Positions 13,174-27,340 are shown, counted from the first letter of the whole stretch. The stretch: 63,712 nucleotides of DNA, filler included, from Octopus bimaculoides (GCF_001194135.2; 5 parts of 5 records of this genome joined end to end with filler, not necessarily neighbours in it); one strand, 5' to 3'. Made by a program: numbers and translations. The notes: generated by a model not told the origin, from the letters alone.

Positions 13174-13864
13174 NNNNNNNNNNNNNNNNNNNNNNNNNNN
13201 NNNNNNNNNNNNNNNNNNNNNNNNNNNNNNNNNNNNNNNNNNNNNNNNNNNNNNNNNNNNNNNNNNNNNNNNNNNNNNNNNNNNNNNNNNNNNNNNNNNN
13301 NNNNNNNNNNNNNNNNNNNNNNNNNNNNNNNNNNNNNNNNNNNNNNNNNNNNNNNNNNNNNNNNNNNNNNNNNNNNNNNNNNNNNNNNNNNNNNNNNNNN
13401 NNNNNNNNNNNNNNNNNNNNNNNNNNNNNNNNNNNNNNNNNNNNNNNNNNNNNNNNNNNNNNNNNNNNNNNNNNNNNNNNNNNNNNNNNNNNNNNNNNNN
13501 NNNNNNNNNNNNNNNNNNNNNNNNNNNNNNNNNNNNNNNNNNNNNNNNNNNNNNNNNNNNNNNNNNNNNNNNNNNNNNNNNNNNNNNNNNNNNNNNNNNN
13601 NNNNNNNNNNNNNNNNNNNNNNNNNNNNNNNNNNNNNNNNNNNNNNNNNNNNNNNNNNNNNNNNNNNNNNNNNNNNNNNNNNNNNNNNNNNNNNNNNNNN
13701 NNNNNNNNNNNNNNNNNNNNNNNNNNNNNNNNNNNNNNNNNNNNNTTTTGCAGGTGCAACCATAAGCATATATGCGTGTGTGTGCGTGTGTGTGCGTGTC
13801 TATGTCTGTGTGTGTATGTAAATATGTATGTATATGTAAGTATATATGTATATGTATATGTATG

Positions 13865-13895
<31 letters not shown>

Positions 13896-14217
13896 AATAC
13901 ATGCATATATGAAAACACAGAAGAGTTAAACTTGGAAAATAATAGTCAGTCTTATATTAGAAAAAATGGTGGCGATATATGTGCGTGTGTGTAAACGTGT
14001 GTGCATGTGTGTAAGCGCGTGTGCGTATGTTATTAATGAAATAGAAGAATGGATGCACAAAGCCGGAGAAGTGGATAAACAATTATTTTTAATCGAATTT
14101 TTGTTACTTCTCTGGTACTAAATGTTTCCTGTTTGCAGAGGTCAGTATCTTTTCAACTTGCATGCCAAATACGAATAACACTTCGGCATTAAAGCCGACA
14201 ATATATATGAGTGTGAA

Positions 14218-14252
<35 letters not shown>

Positions 14253-14319
14253 TACCAGGTTGACCATTTCAAGCTTTAATTAATAATTCAAACAAATTAC
14301 ATACGAAAAGCGTTTGTTT

Positions 14320-15250
14320 ACTCATCAAAATATATCCTATCATATTCTATTGTATGTTGTCATCGTTGTACCAGAAGCCCATTTCTGCACTTATACCATT
14401 TGGCTGGTTTAGAGGCAAAAAACTCCCTGTATCCATTTTCAACCGTATCCACATTGTTTCCGTGCAGAATATGAGCTATGGCTCGGAAAAAGGTGGTAAT
14501 CTGATGGTGCCAGTTCTGGACTATGAGCAGGGTGAAGCAACACCTCTAGCCCTTCAAGTTCCTCAAGTTTACGCCTGGTCACATTGGCAGTGTTTGCTGG
14601 AGCATTGCCATGTTGTAAGAGTACCCGTCTTCGATAGCCCAGTGGGCCTTCAAAGCATCACATACTTGCTGCAGTTCTTAAGCATAATGGTTAGTATTCA
14701 TAGCATGACTGTCTGGGACAAACTCAAAGTGCAATACTCACTCGGAATTCCACCAAACGCACATGACCTTCTGTCCAAACCATATTTGTTTGACAAGTTT
14801 TGAAGCCTGACCGAAACGAAACCCCCGATTTCTCTTATAATGTTGCAATATGACGTCCAAAACGGGCAGCTCGAGGATTTGTCAGTAGTAATTTGCAAAT
14901 GTTCACACGTCCGTCTATGAGTCAATGGTCTGGTCAGGTCATGAAGTATTTCTCGATAGCTTCTGTTGAAAAGGCAGATGTCATGGATGTGTCGACAGAT
15001 GGTGAATCGTGAAGCATTAAGTTCTGCCGATAGTGTACAACTGCTTGTGCTTGTTTGGTCAACCAATTCAAGTAAGGCCTCGTCTTTTAAAAGAAAAGGT
15101 TTCCCTGACCTTGGTTTGTTTTTGAGGTTAGTGTTACCTTTCTTGAAACGTCTGAAGCAGTTTTGTGCCACACATTCGTCGACATTTCCTGGTCCTTTCA
15201 TATCATTAAATTCTTTCGCTGCTGCTTTTGTATTCACCACTCATTATCAA
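14320..15250 (-). mobile_element. Degenerate mariner transposase
   Basis: ORF 14698-15240 has the HTH region (CFRRFKKGNTNLKNKPRSGKP). Shifted frames continue with WWNS and HPAHSPELAPSDYHLFR. Confidence 0.85.
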
Positions 15251-15394
15251 AGTTGTTAAACAAAGAATATACACACATTTAATGTTTATATGTTATTTAT
15301 GAAAATAACGAATAAACAATTCAGTAACGATGAACAACAAAATGCATCAAATTAATGATGTAACATGGAGATACAAGTTTCCAAAACCATTTAC

Positions 15395-15611
15395 TCTTTT
15401 TTTTTTACTTGTTTCCCCTCATTTGACTGCGGCCATGCTGGAGCAACGCCTTTAGTCGAGCAAATCGACCCCAGGACTTATTCTTTGGAAGCCTAGTACT
15501 TATTCTATCGGTCTCTTTTGCCGAACCGCTAAGTTACGGGGACGTAAACATGCCAGCATCGGTTGTCAAGCGATGTTGTGGGGACAAACACAGACACACA
15601 ACCATATACAA

Positions 15612-15656
<45 letters not shown>

Positions 15657-15818
15657 TACGACGGGCTTCTTTCAGTTTCCGTCTACCAAATCCACTCACA
15701 AGGCTTTGGTCGGCCCGAGGCTATAGTAGAAGACACTTGCCCAAGGTGCCACGCAGTGGGAATGAACCCGGAATCATGTGGTTGGTAAGCAAGTTACTTA
15801 CCACACAGCCACTACTGC
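15395..15818 (-). mobile_element. Near-complete family A SINE (head, central TA/CA microsatellite, tail)
   Basis: Best-preserved copy; used here as a reference for the family consensus. Confidence 0.85.
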
Positions 15819-16632
15819 GCCATGAGTCAAAATATATATAAACTTAATGCAAAATATATGGTAATCACAAAAGAGTCCTTCAGCGGACCAGGCTACAAAC
15901 CACATAGTAAACCAATACATAGGAGGGTGATGTAGAGTCCCATGCAGCTGAAATTTAGTAAATCCAGTCAGTAGTGATTATCACATGAGGAGTATATAAA
16001 ATATAAAGTAAGCTTGTAAATTCTACATTAGTACTATGTAACTTACAACATACACAATAGTGCAGATATGTAAAATAATTTGTTATACACTAAAATAAAT
16101 TTCTTTCCCATGATGTCGTCTGCGAAACGATCGTCATCTTATGGATATTAACTGGTGAAATAAATATATTCATCTCATGCCTCCTGACTTCATATATGAC
16201 TCTTCGAAACGCTTAGTTTTAGAATGGTGGCAGCTGATGAAGGAAATGTTCTCTATTTGGCCTGTGTCTTTTCTGTGCTCTGTTTATGTTCTGTTTTTCA
16301 TTTTGTCCACATTTTTTTTGTGACGTCCTGCACCCAGATTTCATCTGTATATACATGTAGATGTAGGTATGTACATACATGTACGTATATATGCATATAC
16401 TCACATATTATATGTATTATATATATATATATATATNNNNNNNNNNNNNNNNNNNNNNNNNNNNNNNNNNNNNNNNNNNNNACTGATGAGCTTCCTTACT
16501 TGTTTCTGTTACTTTTTCGAACGTACGCATGCCTGCACAGACGCACACCACATATATACATATTCATATATAAATTGACTATATGAAATATAGGCTTCCA
16601 TTCAACTTATCCTTGATCAGGTCATGATAGAT

Positions 16633-16634
<2 letters not shown>

Positions 16635-16705
<71 letters not shown>
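16635..16705. repeat. (AGAT)n tetranucleotide microsatellite
   Basis: Directly visible. Confidence 0.95.
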
Positions 16706-17084
16706 TGACAGGTGTTTTTATCAAATCCATTCACACGCCTTTGGTCTGTCCGGAGTCATATTTCAAGACAGTTCCATTGCGTTGCAACGCAATGGAACCG
16801 AACCCAGAAAGATATGGGTGGGAAGCAAACTTCTTACCACACAGCCACACCTTCGTTCTTTTTTTTTTTTTTTTTTTTAGTATCATGATATTATCACCCT
16901 TCTATCCGTACTGACTACAAGCAAATATCAAATGGTGTGTGTGTTGGGGAGGAGAGGACATTTTAAAAGTTCTTTTGTATTCCAAGAAATATTATTTTGA
17001 GGAGGGAAGTACAATGATTAATGTTGACGTACAGGTGTTGCTGTTTGAAGAAATTTACAGTGGGTTGGATGGGTGGACGAATCT

Positions 17085-17194
17085 TTGATGATGGTAGTGG
17101 TGGTGGTGACGGTGGCAGTACTGCTGCTGCTGCTGGTGATGATGATGCTGCTGGTACTGTTGTTGTTTATGATGATGATGATGATGATGATGAT

Positions 17195-17225
<31 letters not shown>

Positions 17226-17896
17226 ATGACGACGAGGGCGACGATGATGATGGTGACGACGATGACGCTATCGATGATGATGAAGAAGACGACGATGATG
17301 ATGACGATGATGACGACGACGATGATGATGATAATGATAATGGTGGTGGTGGTGATGATGGTTTCGTTGGTGGTGGTGGTGGTGCTGAGGTGTTGGTGGT
17401 GATCGTGCCGAGGTAAAAAAAAAAATAATAATTCGGATAAATGAATGAAACAAATACTATCGCAAAAAAAAAAAGAAAAAAAAAAGAAATGGAAAATGGG
17501 AATTTTGTTAACAATACAAACAGAAAGAACACCAAAGAAATGAATAACAGCAGCAACAACTATGACGATGACGAAGACGACGACGATGATGATGGTGATG
17601 ATGATGATGATGATGATGATGACGACGACGACACCGACGATGGCGGCGGCGGCGGTATTGTTGTTGTTGTTGTTGATGGTGTTGGTGGTGCTGCTGGTGG
17701 TAGTAGTGGTGGATGTAGTGATGGATAATGGTCATGATGATGTTTATATTTGTTTATTAGCAGCTACAATGTCAACATCAACAACAACAACAACATAATC
17801 ATCATTAGCAACAATAGGAACAATGATTAAAATGACTAATGATAAGAATAAATAACAACATAGACAACAACAACAACAACAACAACAATAATAATG

Positions 17897-17942
<46 letters not shown>

Positions 17943-17956
17943 TAATAATAATAATG

Positions 17957-18053
<97 letters not shown>

Positions 18054-18055
18054 GA
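17085..18055. repeat. Mosaic GAT/GAC/GGT/AAC/AAT trinucleotide tract
   Basis: Directly visible. Confidence 0.95.
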
Positions 18056-18320
18056 GATAAGCCTAATAACAGCAATGATAGAAGTAATCATGAAACATGC
18101 TATAAAGATGTAAATCAAATGGAAACATAAAAATATCGAGAATAATTGCGAAGAACATTATGGAGAAAGCGGATAAAAAAAATGGAGTGATTTTTAATAT
18201 CTACCTGCTGAGCTAACACAGTTTTACGATCTTGGGTTTATGTTATGATGGAGGGTTTTTTTTCATTTATTTCCATTATTTACACAGATACATACGTGCA
18301 TACATACATACATACATACA

Positions 18321-18356
<36 letters not shown>

Positions 18357-18465
18357 TGCATACATACATACATATATATATTTACATATGCATATATATA
18401 CACATACACAGGTACATACGTGCATACAGATATATACTTGCATACATACATATATGCATACATAT

Positions 18466-18498
<33 letters not shown>

Positions 18499-19061
18499 CA
18501 CACATATACAGGTACATATATACATATATNNNNNNNNNNNNNNNNNNNNNNNNNNNNNNNNNNNNNNNNNNNNTTAATTAATTAANNNNNNNNNNNNNNN
18601 NNNNNNNNNNNNNNNNNNNNNNNNNNNNNCGTTTATACATACATATCTGTTAACGGTTATCGTCAATACTTTTCTCGCTGGATTAAGTGCTCGTTTCTCT
18701 TTTTGTCTTCTGCAATTTTATTTTGGGATCTTCTATATATATATATATATATATATGAAGAATTTTCTTCCGTCTGGCTATTTTTCTCTCTACAAAACGG
18801 TAAGTTGCATTATGGAACAGTCATTTTAACGAGTTTTTTTATTACTTATTTATCAACCGACGAATTTATGCAAATCTTTTCTAGTTTTCTCTTATGAGGA
18901 TCTAGTTTGGCCCGTAGTAACTAACATGGCATCGTCCCTATAAAAATCCCTCTAGATGTTAGGGAAATACATGCGGAGTCATTGGAGGAGGTATAGTCCG
19001 ACCAGATCCGTGACCTGAGAAGAGTCAGTGGAGCCCATGGTTATATCGAAGAAATTGTTAC

Positions 19062-19094
<33 letters not shown>

Positions 19095-19101
<7 letters not shown>

Positions 19102-19545
19102 GAGTGTAGCTCGGCACGAAAGCTTATCGTCGAACTCAAAATTCAAAATGCTGCCAAAATACTGCCTGAATTTTCCTGGGATTATACTTAAGGTCCTGTA
19201 CCTTCACAAAGTACAGGCCAACCTCCATACCTTCTGGAAGAAGATGAGCTGTGAACTTTATTCTCCTGTCTGTATTCTTCTATGTACTGCTTTACTGTTT
19301 ATTCTTCTATCTACTATTTTATTCAGTTATAAACTGTGAATTCCCTGTGTAGAACTTTCATACATACTTACCATGTTTTGATGATTAAATACCCAGTGTA
19401 TAGAGATGCTAAACTATAGCTTGGGATATGCTAGAAACAGCTGTAAGATATCCAATAATTAATTAATTAACTGATTAATCAATTATCTTAAATTCACTTT
19501 ATTCATCTTGCCTTGGACTTTGTTGTCCTTTTTCCTCTAATATAA
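19095..19545 (+). mobile_element. Probable Penelope-like 3' end (endonuclease remnant and 3' UTR), same family as 37085-39008
   Basis: Shares AGAAACAGCTGTAAGA and a downstream CTTGG..TTTGTTGTC block with the minus-strand element at 37.1 kb. The EN similarity (ARKLIVELKIQN...FSWDY) is weak. Confidence 0.45.
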
Positions 19546-19592
19546 CTGCTAACCTTGACAGGTTTCGGTCAGTATAGGCCCAGGCCACATAC

Positions 19593-19661
<69 letters not shown>

Positions 19662-21172
19662 GTGTGTGTGTGTATGTATGTATGTATATGGTGTCAGATG
19701 CTAGTTCAATTCGGAAACTACTGAAATATTTACATAGATTCTTTTAATTTGTGAACAAAAAACAAAAACTTTCAGCGAAAGAACTCAGTTTCAATATAAC
19801 TAGGAAATTGTTGTCATAACACCAAATTTCTCAAAATTGGCTTATAAATATTAAATACTAAATTTGACATTGATTTCAAAAATTTCTAAACACGCCTGAT
19901 ACGATTAATTTTTGACCCTTTCAGTCCTATTGCTTGTATCCAGTCTTCTTACAAATCAACAACATGTAGATATCTTTCAAGCTATCACTCTCTCTTCCAA
20001 TACTATCTTCCTCTTCTATCCACCCCTGGTTCTCATCGATCACACCTTTTCCACTTTCTTATTCTGACCATTTTCCCATACAGATATGCAAGAGGGAAAG
20101 GGAAAGTTACAAAGGTACAGGGATAATGACGGAAGAAGTGATGCTCTTTTGTCTTGCCAAGCAAGAGAAACCTTTTCGCATTGCTGAACGAGCAAGAAAT
20201 GCGTAAAAGAGAGAATACTTAATATTGCCACAAACATGACCTTTCTGGCACTGTACCAAAACAAAAATGCAGCCATTACACTCTAAAATATTTTGTTATA
20301 GAAAGCATAACTAATCTTAGAAACCATACTAAACAGAGAATGTGTGACGAAGACGGGTCCTCTCGACTATCATGAATGATAGTGACTCCAAATATCAATT
20401 GACTTTAAATGCGTCGATATATGTACTTGTACCAGCATTAAAATGGGGACATAATAATATTAAATGATGAGATTGAGGAGGAGGAGGAGGAGGAGGAGAA
20501 GGAGGTGGAGGAAGAAGATGGTGGTGGAGAGAGTGATTATGATGGTATTTATTTCAGAATGTTGCTTGCTTTCGTTTTCAAGTATCTGCATTTGCTACAC
20601 TTACATATCATTGCATATATTATCCGGCAAAATTGGATTATTTTCTCTATTGCTCAGCCTTCTCGTTAATTGTTTTGTACCAAAAAAAGTATTTTTGACA
20701 TAATTTCTAAATATTCATTCACACAATTGCTATACCAGCTCATTTCCATAAGTAAAATTTTAAATTCTAATTTTAATGTCACATTCGCGCATTGCTGCAA
20801 AGATATATGCATAGAGAATAGGAAAAAAATTTACTCTTGATATTTCAATTGATTCAGTGATTCGCCGGCGTCTTTGAGACAATATATATAAACAAGAAAA
20901 CATATTCATTATTCTCTTTGAAATACTGATGGCGAAGTTATCAAATGGCCTCACTTTTCAGTCTACACGTAACTACAAGAAAGATACTTTGTGTTTGGAG
21001 TTAAATGCGTTGGTGTGTGGTATGTATGTAAATATATATATATGTGCATGCATATAGCTGGACATACAGAGAGACAGACAAGCAGATACATACTCAGAAA
21101 TAGATATAGATATAAACTTGTATATATACATACATATACATACATAACTATATATCTACATATATATATACA

Positions 21173-21240
<68 letters not shown>

Positions 21241-21456
21241 NNNNNNNNNNNNNNNNNNNNNNNNNNNNNNNNNNNNNNNNNNNNNNNNNNNNNNNNNNNN
21301 NNNNNNNNNNNNNNNNNNNNNNNNNNNNNNNNNNNNNNNNNNNNNNNNNNNNNNNNNNNNNNNNNNNNNNNNNNNNNNNNNNNNNNNNNNNNNNNNNNNN
21401 NNNNNNNNNNNNNNNNNNNNNNNNNNNNNNNNNNNNNNNNNNNNNNNNNNNNNNNN

Positions 21457-21527
<71 letters not shown>

Positions 21528-23078
21528 TGTGTGTGTGGGTGTGTGTTACTTATACACACACAAATATATATAGACTTGCATATTAATAGATTTATACATA
21601 CGATTAAATGATGTTGACACAGTTCTACATTACTTGAAGCTTCATAAGTATAGAAATTGCCCAAATACTCAGATATACGTAATTAAAGAGAAGAAAATTT
21701 AAAAGAATTTTTAATTCGTCTCACATAGGTCAGTTCAGGTCGCTTTGAATACTTGGTGTCAGGAGCAACAGTGGTCGTTCAGTAATACAGCCCACATGGC
21801 ACAGCAGGCAGTCTATTGCCGCCAGTAAGTTTTCTGTCAAAGTTCACAGTTTAGTGACGAAAGTTGGTGAGGCACAACATGGCTAGGTAACCAATTTCGT
21901 AGTGTTTGGTTACATTATTAATCAGCCAACTATAATTACGATTATAGTTGGCAACGATGATAGACTGTGGAAGGGAAAATGTAATCATGATGGAAAAGCT
22001 GGGGTTGCATACACTGCAATGGTTTGCAAACTAACAAGGGCTAGCGTCGTTTTGCAGTGAATAATGATTTCATGTTCATTAACAATGTTTTCTTTGGAAA
22101 CAATGATAGGAAAGATCAGTTTTCCTGTTGAGAAATACGATAGAACGTTGCAGTATATACAGTTCCTGATAAAGGCAAAGTGAGCAAATACAAACTCGAT
22201 GTACGAAAGGTCTAACTTGAAATTTCTGATTGAAAATACTTGCTCCGTAAGAATCTCATCTAAAATGTCAAACACAATGGAATTAACTGGTGTCACTATT
22301 TTCCGAAGTAACTACGCAATCTGCACTGATCAATCCAATGGTATCCCAAATGATCTTATCAAGATGCCATTTTTAGGTTTACTTTAAGTTCTCTTGTATT
22401 TTACTATTTGTATCTAAGGGCGCTAGGTGCTCTACATCGTATGTATATATANNNNNNNNNNNNNNNNNNNNNNNNNNNNNNNNNNNNNNNNNNNNNNNNN
22501 NNNNNNNNNNNNNNNNNNNNNNNNNNNNNNNNNNNNNNNNNNNNNNNNNNNNNNNNNNNNNNNNNNNNNNNNNNNNNNNNNNNNNNNNNNNNNNNNNNNN
22601 NNNNNNNNNNNNNNNNNNNNNNNNNNNNNNNNNNNNNNNNNNNNNNNNNNNNNNNNNNNNNNNNNNNNNNNNNNNNNNNNNNNNNNNNNNNNNNNNNNNN
22701 NNNNNNNNNNNNNNNNNNNNNNNNNNNNNNNNNNNNNNNNNNNNNNNNNNNNNNNNNNNNNNNNNNNNNNNNNNNNNNNNNNNNNNNNNNNNNNNNNNNN
22801 NNNNNNNNNNNNNNNNNNNNNNNNNNNNNNNNNNNNNNNNNNNNNNNNNNNNNNNNNNNNNNNNNNNNNNNNNNNNNNNNNNNNNNNNNNNNNNNNNNNN
22901 NNNNNNNNNNNNNNNNNNNNNNNNNNNNNNNNNNNNNNNNNNNNNNNNNNNNNNNNNNNNNNNNNNNNNNNNNNNNNNNNNNNNNNNNNNNNNNNNNNNN
23001 NNNNNNNNNNNNNNNNNNNNNNNNNNNNNNNNNNNNNNNNNNNNNNNNNNNNNNNNNNNNNNNNNNNNNNNNNNNNNN

Positions 23079-23119
<41 letters not shown>

Positions 23120-24152
23120 TATATTATTATATGATTGAACGCCACGCATCTTCTTCCTAGTAAGTTTTATCTTAATAATTCTGATGTGCCCTCTACACGA
23201 TCTTTTTACTGTTTCGTTTTTCTCTCTTTCACTCTCTTATTCTTTTACTTCCCCTTCTCCCACTATTCTATCCTATTACTCTGTCACTCTCTCTCTCACA
23301 CCCTCACTCCTCTTCCCTTGCTCACGTGGCTCCCATGTCACCATCGGCCATCCTTCTTTCTTCTCCTAACTTGTGTTTCTTTCTTTCTCTCCGTTGTAGC
23401 TGGAACAAGGATGACTCCCGTCTAAGCTTGATTTACGCGTTCCCCACCACAACCTAGTTTAGGCTTAGCAGACCTTCCCGTTTCTTTTCACTGTCCTGTT
23501 TGTGTTACCAATTTTGACCCACCACAAAATCCTCAATTTTATTTAATTTGCTTTGCGGGAGCAACTGTTTTATCGAAAGCATTTATTGTTGTTAACTGCT
23601 CGAAATTCGAGAGTCTATATATATATATAAATATACCTATATATATATATATATATATNNNNNNNNNNNNNNNNNNNNNNNNNNNNNNNNNNNNNNNNNN
23701 NNNNNNNNNNNNNNNNNNNNNNNNNNNNNNNNNNNNNNNNNNNNNNNNNNNNNNNNNNNNNNNNNNNNNNNNNNNNNNNNNNNNNNNNNNNNNNNNNNNN
23801 NNNNNNNNNNNNNNNNNNNNNNNNNNNNNNNNNNNNNNNNNNNNNNNNNNNGTATATGTTTGCGTGTGTCTTCGTGGATGCGTGAGTGTGTCTTCGTGGA
23901 TGCGTGAGTGTGTGTGTGTGTATATATATGAAAACCACACACAAGAACGAGGCAAACACTGAGCCACAGCTGTGCACTTGTTATTCTCTGTGTCTTCTAT
24001 TAATTCAGAAGCATCTGCATTTCTAAACTTGCAAAATCTCTCTCACACACACATATGTATAGCACTAACACATTCATACAGGTATGTGTCGAATACAAGT
24101 ATGACTCTGTGTGTGTACATATACGTATAAGTATATATATATATATATATAC

Positions 24153-24197
<45 letters not shown>

Positions 24198-25165
24198 NNN
24201 NNNNNNNNNNNNNNNNNNNNNNNNNNNNNNNNNNNNNNNNNNNNNNNNNNNNNNNNNNNNNNNNNNNNNNNNNNNNNNNNNNNNNNNNNNNNNNNNNNNN
24301 NNNNNNNNNNNNNNNNNNNNNNNNNNNNNNNNNNNNNNNNNNNNNNNNNNNNNNNNNNNNNNNNNNNNNNNNNNNNNNNNNNNNNNNNNNNNNNNNNNNN
24401 NNNNNNNNNNNNNNNNNNNNNNNNNNNNNNNNNNNNNNNNNNNNNNNNNNNNNNNNNNNNNNNNNNNNNNNNNNNNNNNNNNNNNNNNNNNNNNNNNNNN
24501 NNNNNNNNNNNNNNNNNNNNNNNNNNNNNNNNNNNNNNNNNNNNNNNNNNNNNNNNNNNNNNNNNNNNNNNNNNNNNNNNNNNNNNNNNNNNNNNNNNNN
24601 NNNNNNNNNNNNNNNNNNNNNNNNNNNNNNNNNNNNNNNNNNNNNNNNNNNNNNNNNNNNNNNNNNNNNNNNNNNNNNNNNNNNNNNNNNNNNNNNNNNN
24701 NNNNNNNNNNNNNNNNNNNNNNNNNNNNNNNNNNNNNNNNNNNNNNNNNNNNNNNNNNNNNNNNNNNNNNNNNNNNNNNNNNNNNNNNNNNNNNNNNNNN
24801 NNNNNNNNNNNNNNNNNNNNNNNNNNNNNNNNNNNNNNNNNNNNNNNNNNNNNNNNNNNNNNNNNNNNNNNNNNNNNNNNNNNNNNNNNNNNNNNNNNNN
24901 NNNNNNNNNNNNNNNNNNNNNNNNNNNNNNNNNNNNNNNNNNNNNNNNNNNNNNNNNNNNNNNNNNNNNNNNNNNNNNNNNNATATATATGATGTATACA
25001 TGGTATTCAAAAAATGTCAAAATTATTAATGTGTAGCCCAATTTTGCCTTGTGTGCCACACTTTACTGTCACTTTTATATCTGCATGTAACTCTGTGTCT
25101 GTGTGTGTGGCAAGTGTAACATGAATACATATGCAGATAGATAGATAGATAGATAGCGAGAGAGA

Positions 25166-25205
<40 letters not shown>

Positions 25206-25646
25206 TTCCACCACTATTGTTTCGTTTCATTCACTTTATAGTAGTGATATCCATCATTATAATATTCTGGGATTTTCATTTTCAAACATATCATATTGCA
25301 AGTAAATCATTTGAAAAGAAAAGATACAAAGTAAAATACAGCAGTTCACAAGCAATTGTATGTATATATGTGCATCAAAATATGTGTACCTCTATAACAT
25401 GTAAAATCTCACTCATATACACAGACATAGATGCATACACAAACATAGAAACATACACACACACACACATATATAAGCGTATATATACATAAAGCTGTAT
25501 AGATATTTATACATATTATTACGCCTGTACTCCATTTATCTACTGAGTCAGCTAACTATACATCTACTCACCTAAATATGTATGTACATATATATATATA
25601 TGTATGTATATATTCATATGTATATAACTTGTTTTCATGTATATAT

Positions 25647-25686
<40 letters not shown>

Positions 25687-26677
25687 GTATGCATATGTTC
25701 ATATGTATATATGGACATATACATATATATATATGTATATATGCATACCTATATATGTATGTATATATGTGTGTGTGTTTGTCTGTGTGTACGGTATATT
25801 TCATATACATAAATATATGCTTATATCTATACACATACAAAAAAATACATTCATATGTATGCATATGTATATTAGTATATGTAATTTGTCGTTTGTGTTT
25901 TGTTTGTTTTTCCAAGAAAATATTTGCTGTTGTAAATAATTTGGTTTGTATTAATATTGTGTTTTGAGAGCTTTTAACAGAGACAACTAGAACAAAATAA
26001 TAATAATTCTAAGAAATATTGATGTATTTGTTGTCAAGATTCTATAAATACAAAGGTTTCTGTTTTATTATTTTCTTGTTTATTCATTTACTTGTCTTTA
26101 TAACATATTATGAATTTATTACATTTTTGTATTAGAATATTTACCTCCATCATATATTTTTAGCATTCCTTTGCATGTTTCTTTTTATTCCAGTCTTAAT
26201 TTCGTTTAAAAATAGTGTGTTTATTACTATTGTTTTAAATATATCTAATTCTTATTTTTCTCAACGGTGTAAGAAATAACATAATATTCTTTTATATTTT
26301 TTCTGATAATCCTTTGTCACATATTTCTGCATTTTTTTTTCACCGTTTGCTTTCCCTAATGGGATAAAAGTTTTATTACAAATGTATTGAAGCAAAACTA
26401 TGATCTGTTATATTTCAATTCTTTTTTTTTTCTATGTTTTTATGAGAAAGAACTTCTGTTTCTTTCTAAAATACATATAAATTCTGAAATTTTTAATGTT
26501 TCTTTGAAATTTCTCTCTATCTAACACATTTTTCATTTCAATATGTGAATGAATGTGTGTCTGAATGTGTGCTTGCATTAGCAATACACTGTGTGTGTGT
26601 GTGTGTGTGTGCGTGTGTGTGTAAAGAGAGTGACAGAAAGATGTAATACCATTTTAAATATTCATACAACATAATTA

Positions 26678-26717
<40 letters not shown>

Positions 26718-27340
26718 GTGTGTGTATGTGTGAGTGTGTGAATGTGTATATGTATATATTAATGCATATTGACATACACACACGATACATTCACACATGC
26801 TCTGATATAATTTTATATAATGAACATATACATATGGACACTCGAGAATAGAGGCATTTGTTATATACATTTAAATGAAAATGTACATATATGAGTATGA
26901 ACTACTATTATATCACTAGTACTAACACACTATCTTAAATATAGTGTGTTAGTAGCAACTTCAGCTTCACTTTATCTAAACATGTATATAAGCTTTGCTT
27001 ATTTTTTTCTTATTGAGTTGGAAACTTCAATTAATTAGGTTTTCTGTACTTCACCATTTAACTTTGATATAAACAGATTACTTTGACTAAATGGTCACTT
27101 GTTAGTATGTAAATGGTGATAAATGACAGGTAAATAACAGAAGTGCTAAGAATCACTTAAATAAAGGATTCCTCGTAAGTTTGAATCCTACTTTTTGTTC
27201 ATGTGGTGCCGGTGATGGTAGTTTAAACACCAGCTGTGATGAAAATGATTGAAATGAGACCAAAATTATATTCACTGGATTAGAGTTGATTTAAATGGAA
27301 ATACTTTTGATGCTGCTGTTATCAATCCAACATGGTGAAA

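Noticed and set aside
12966-13880. ~135-bp direct repeat on both sides of a gap
   Set aside because: Identical sequence leading into the same (TA)n on either side of Ns is typical of unmerged overlapping contig ends.
16232-16260. Intact CTGATGA hammerhead-core-like 7-mer
   Set aside because: No stem II followed by GAAA downstream, so no ribozyme fold can be drawn.
18574-18585. TTAATTAATTAA islands between N-runs (also near 30040, 55440 and 60785)
   Set aside because: The same 12-mer between similar N pads four times indicates a scaffolding linker, not biology.
21985-22296. 103-aa minus-strand ORF
   Set aside because: GTG start, no recognisable motif and no splice signals. A nearby YFG-like word is not the anoctamin YFGEK motif.
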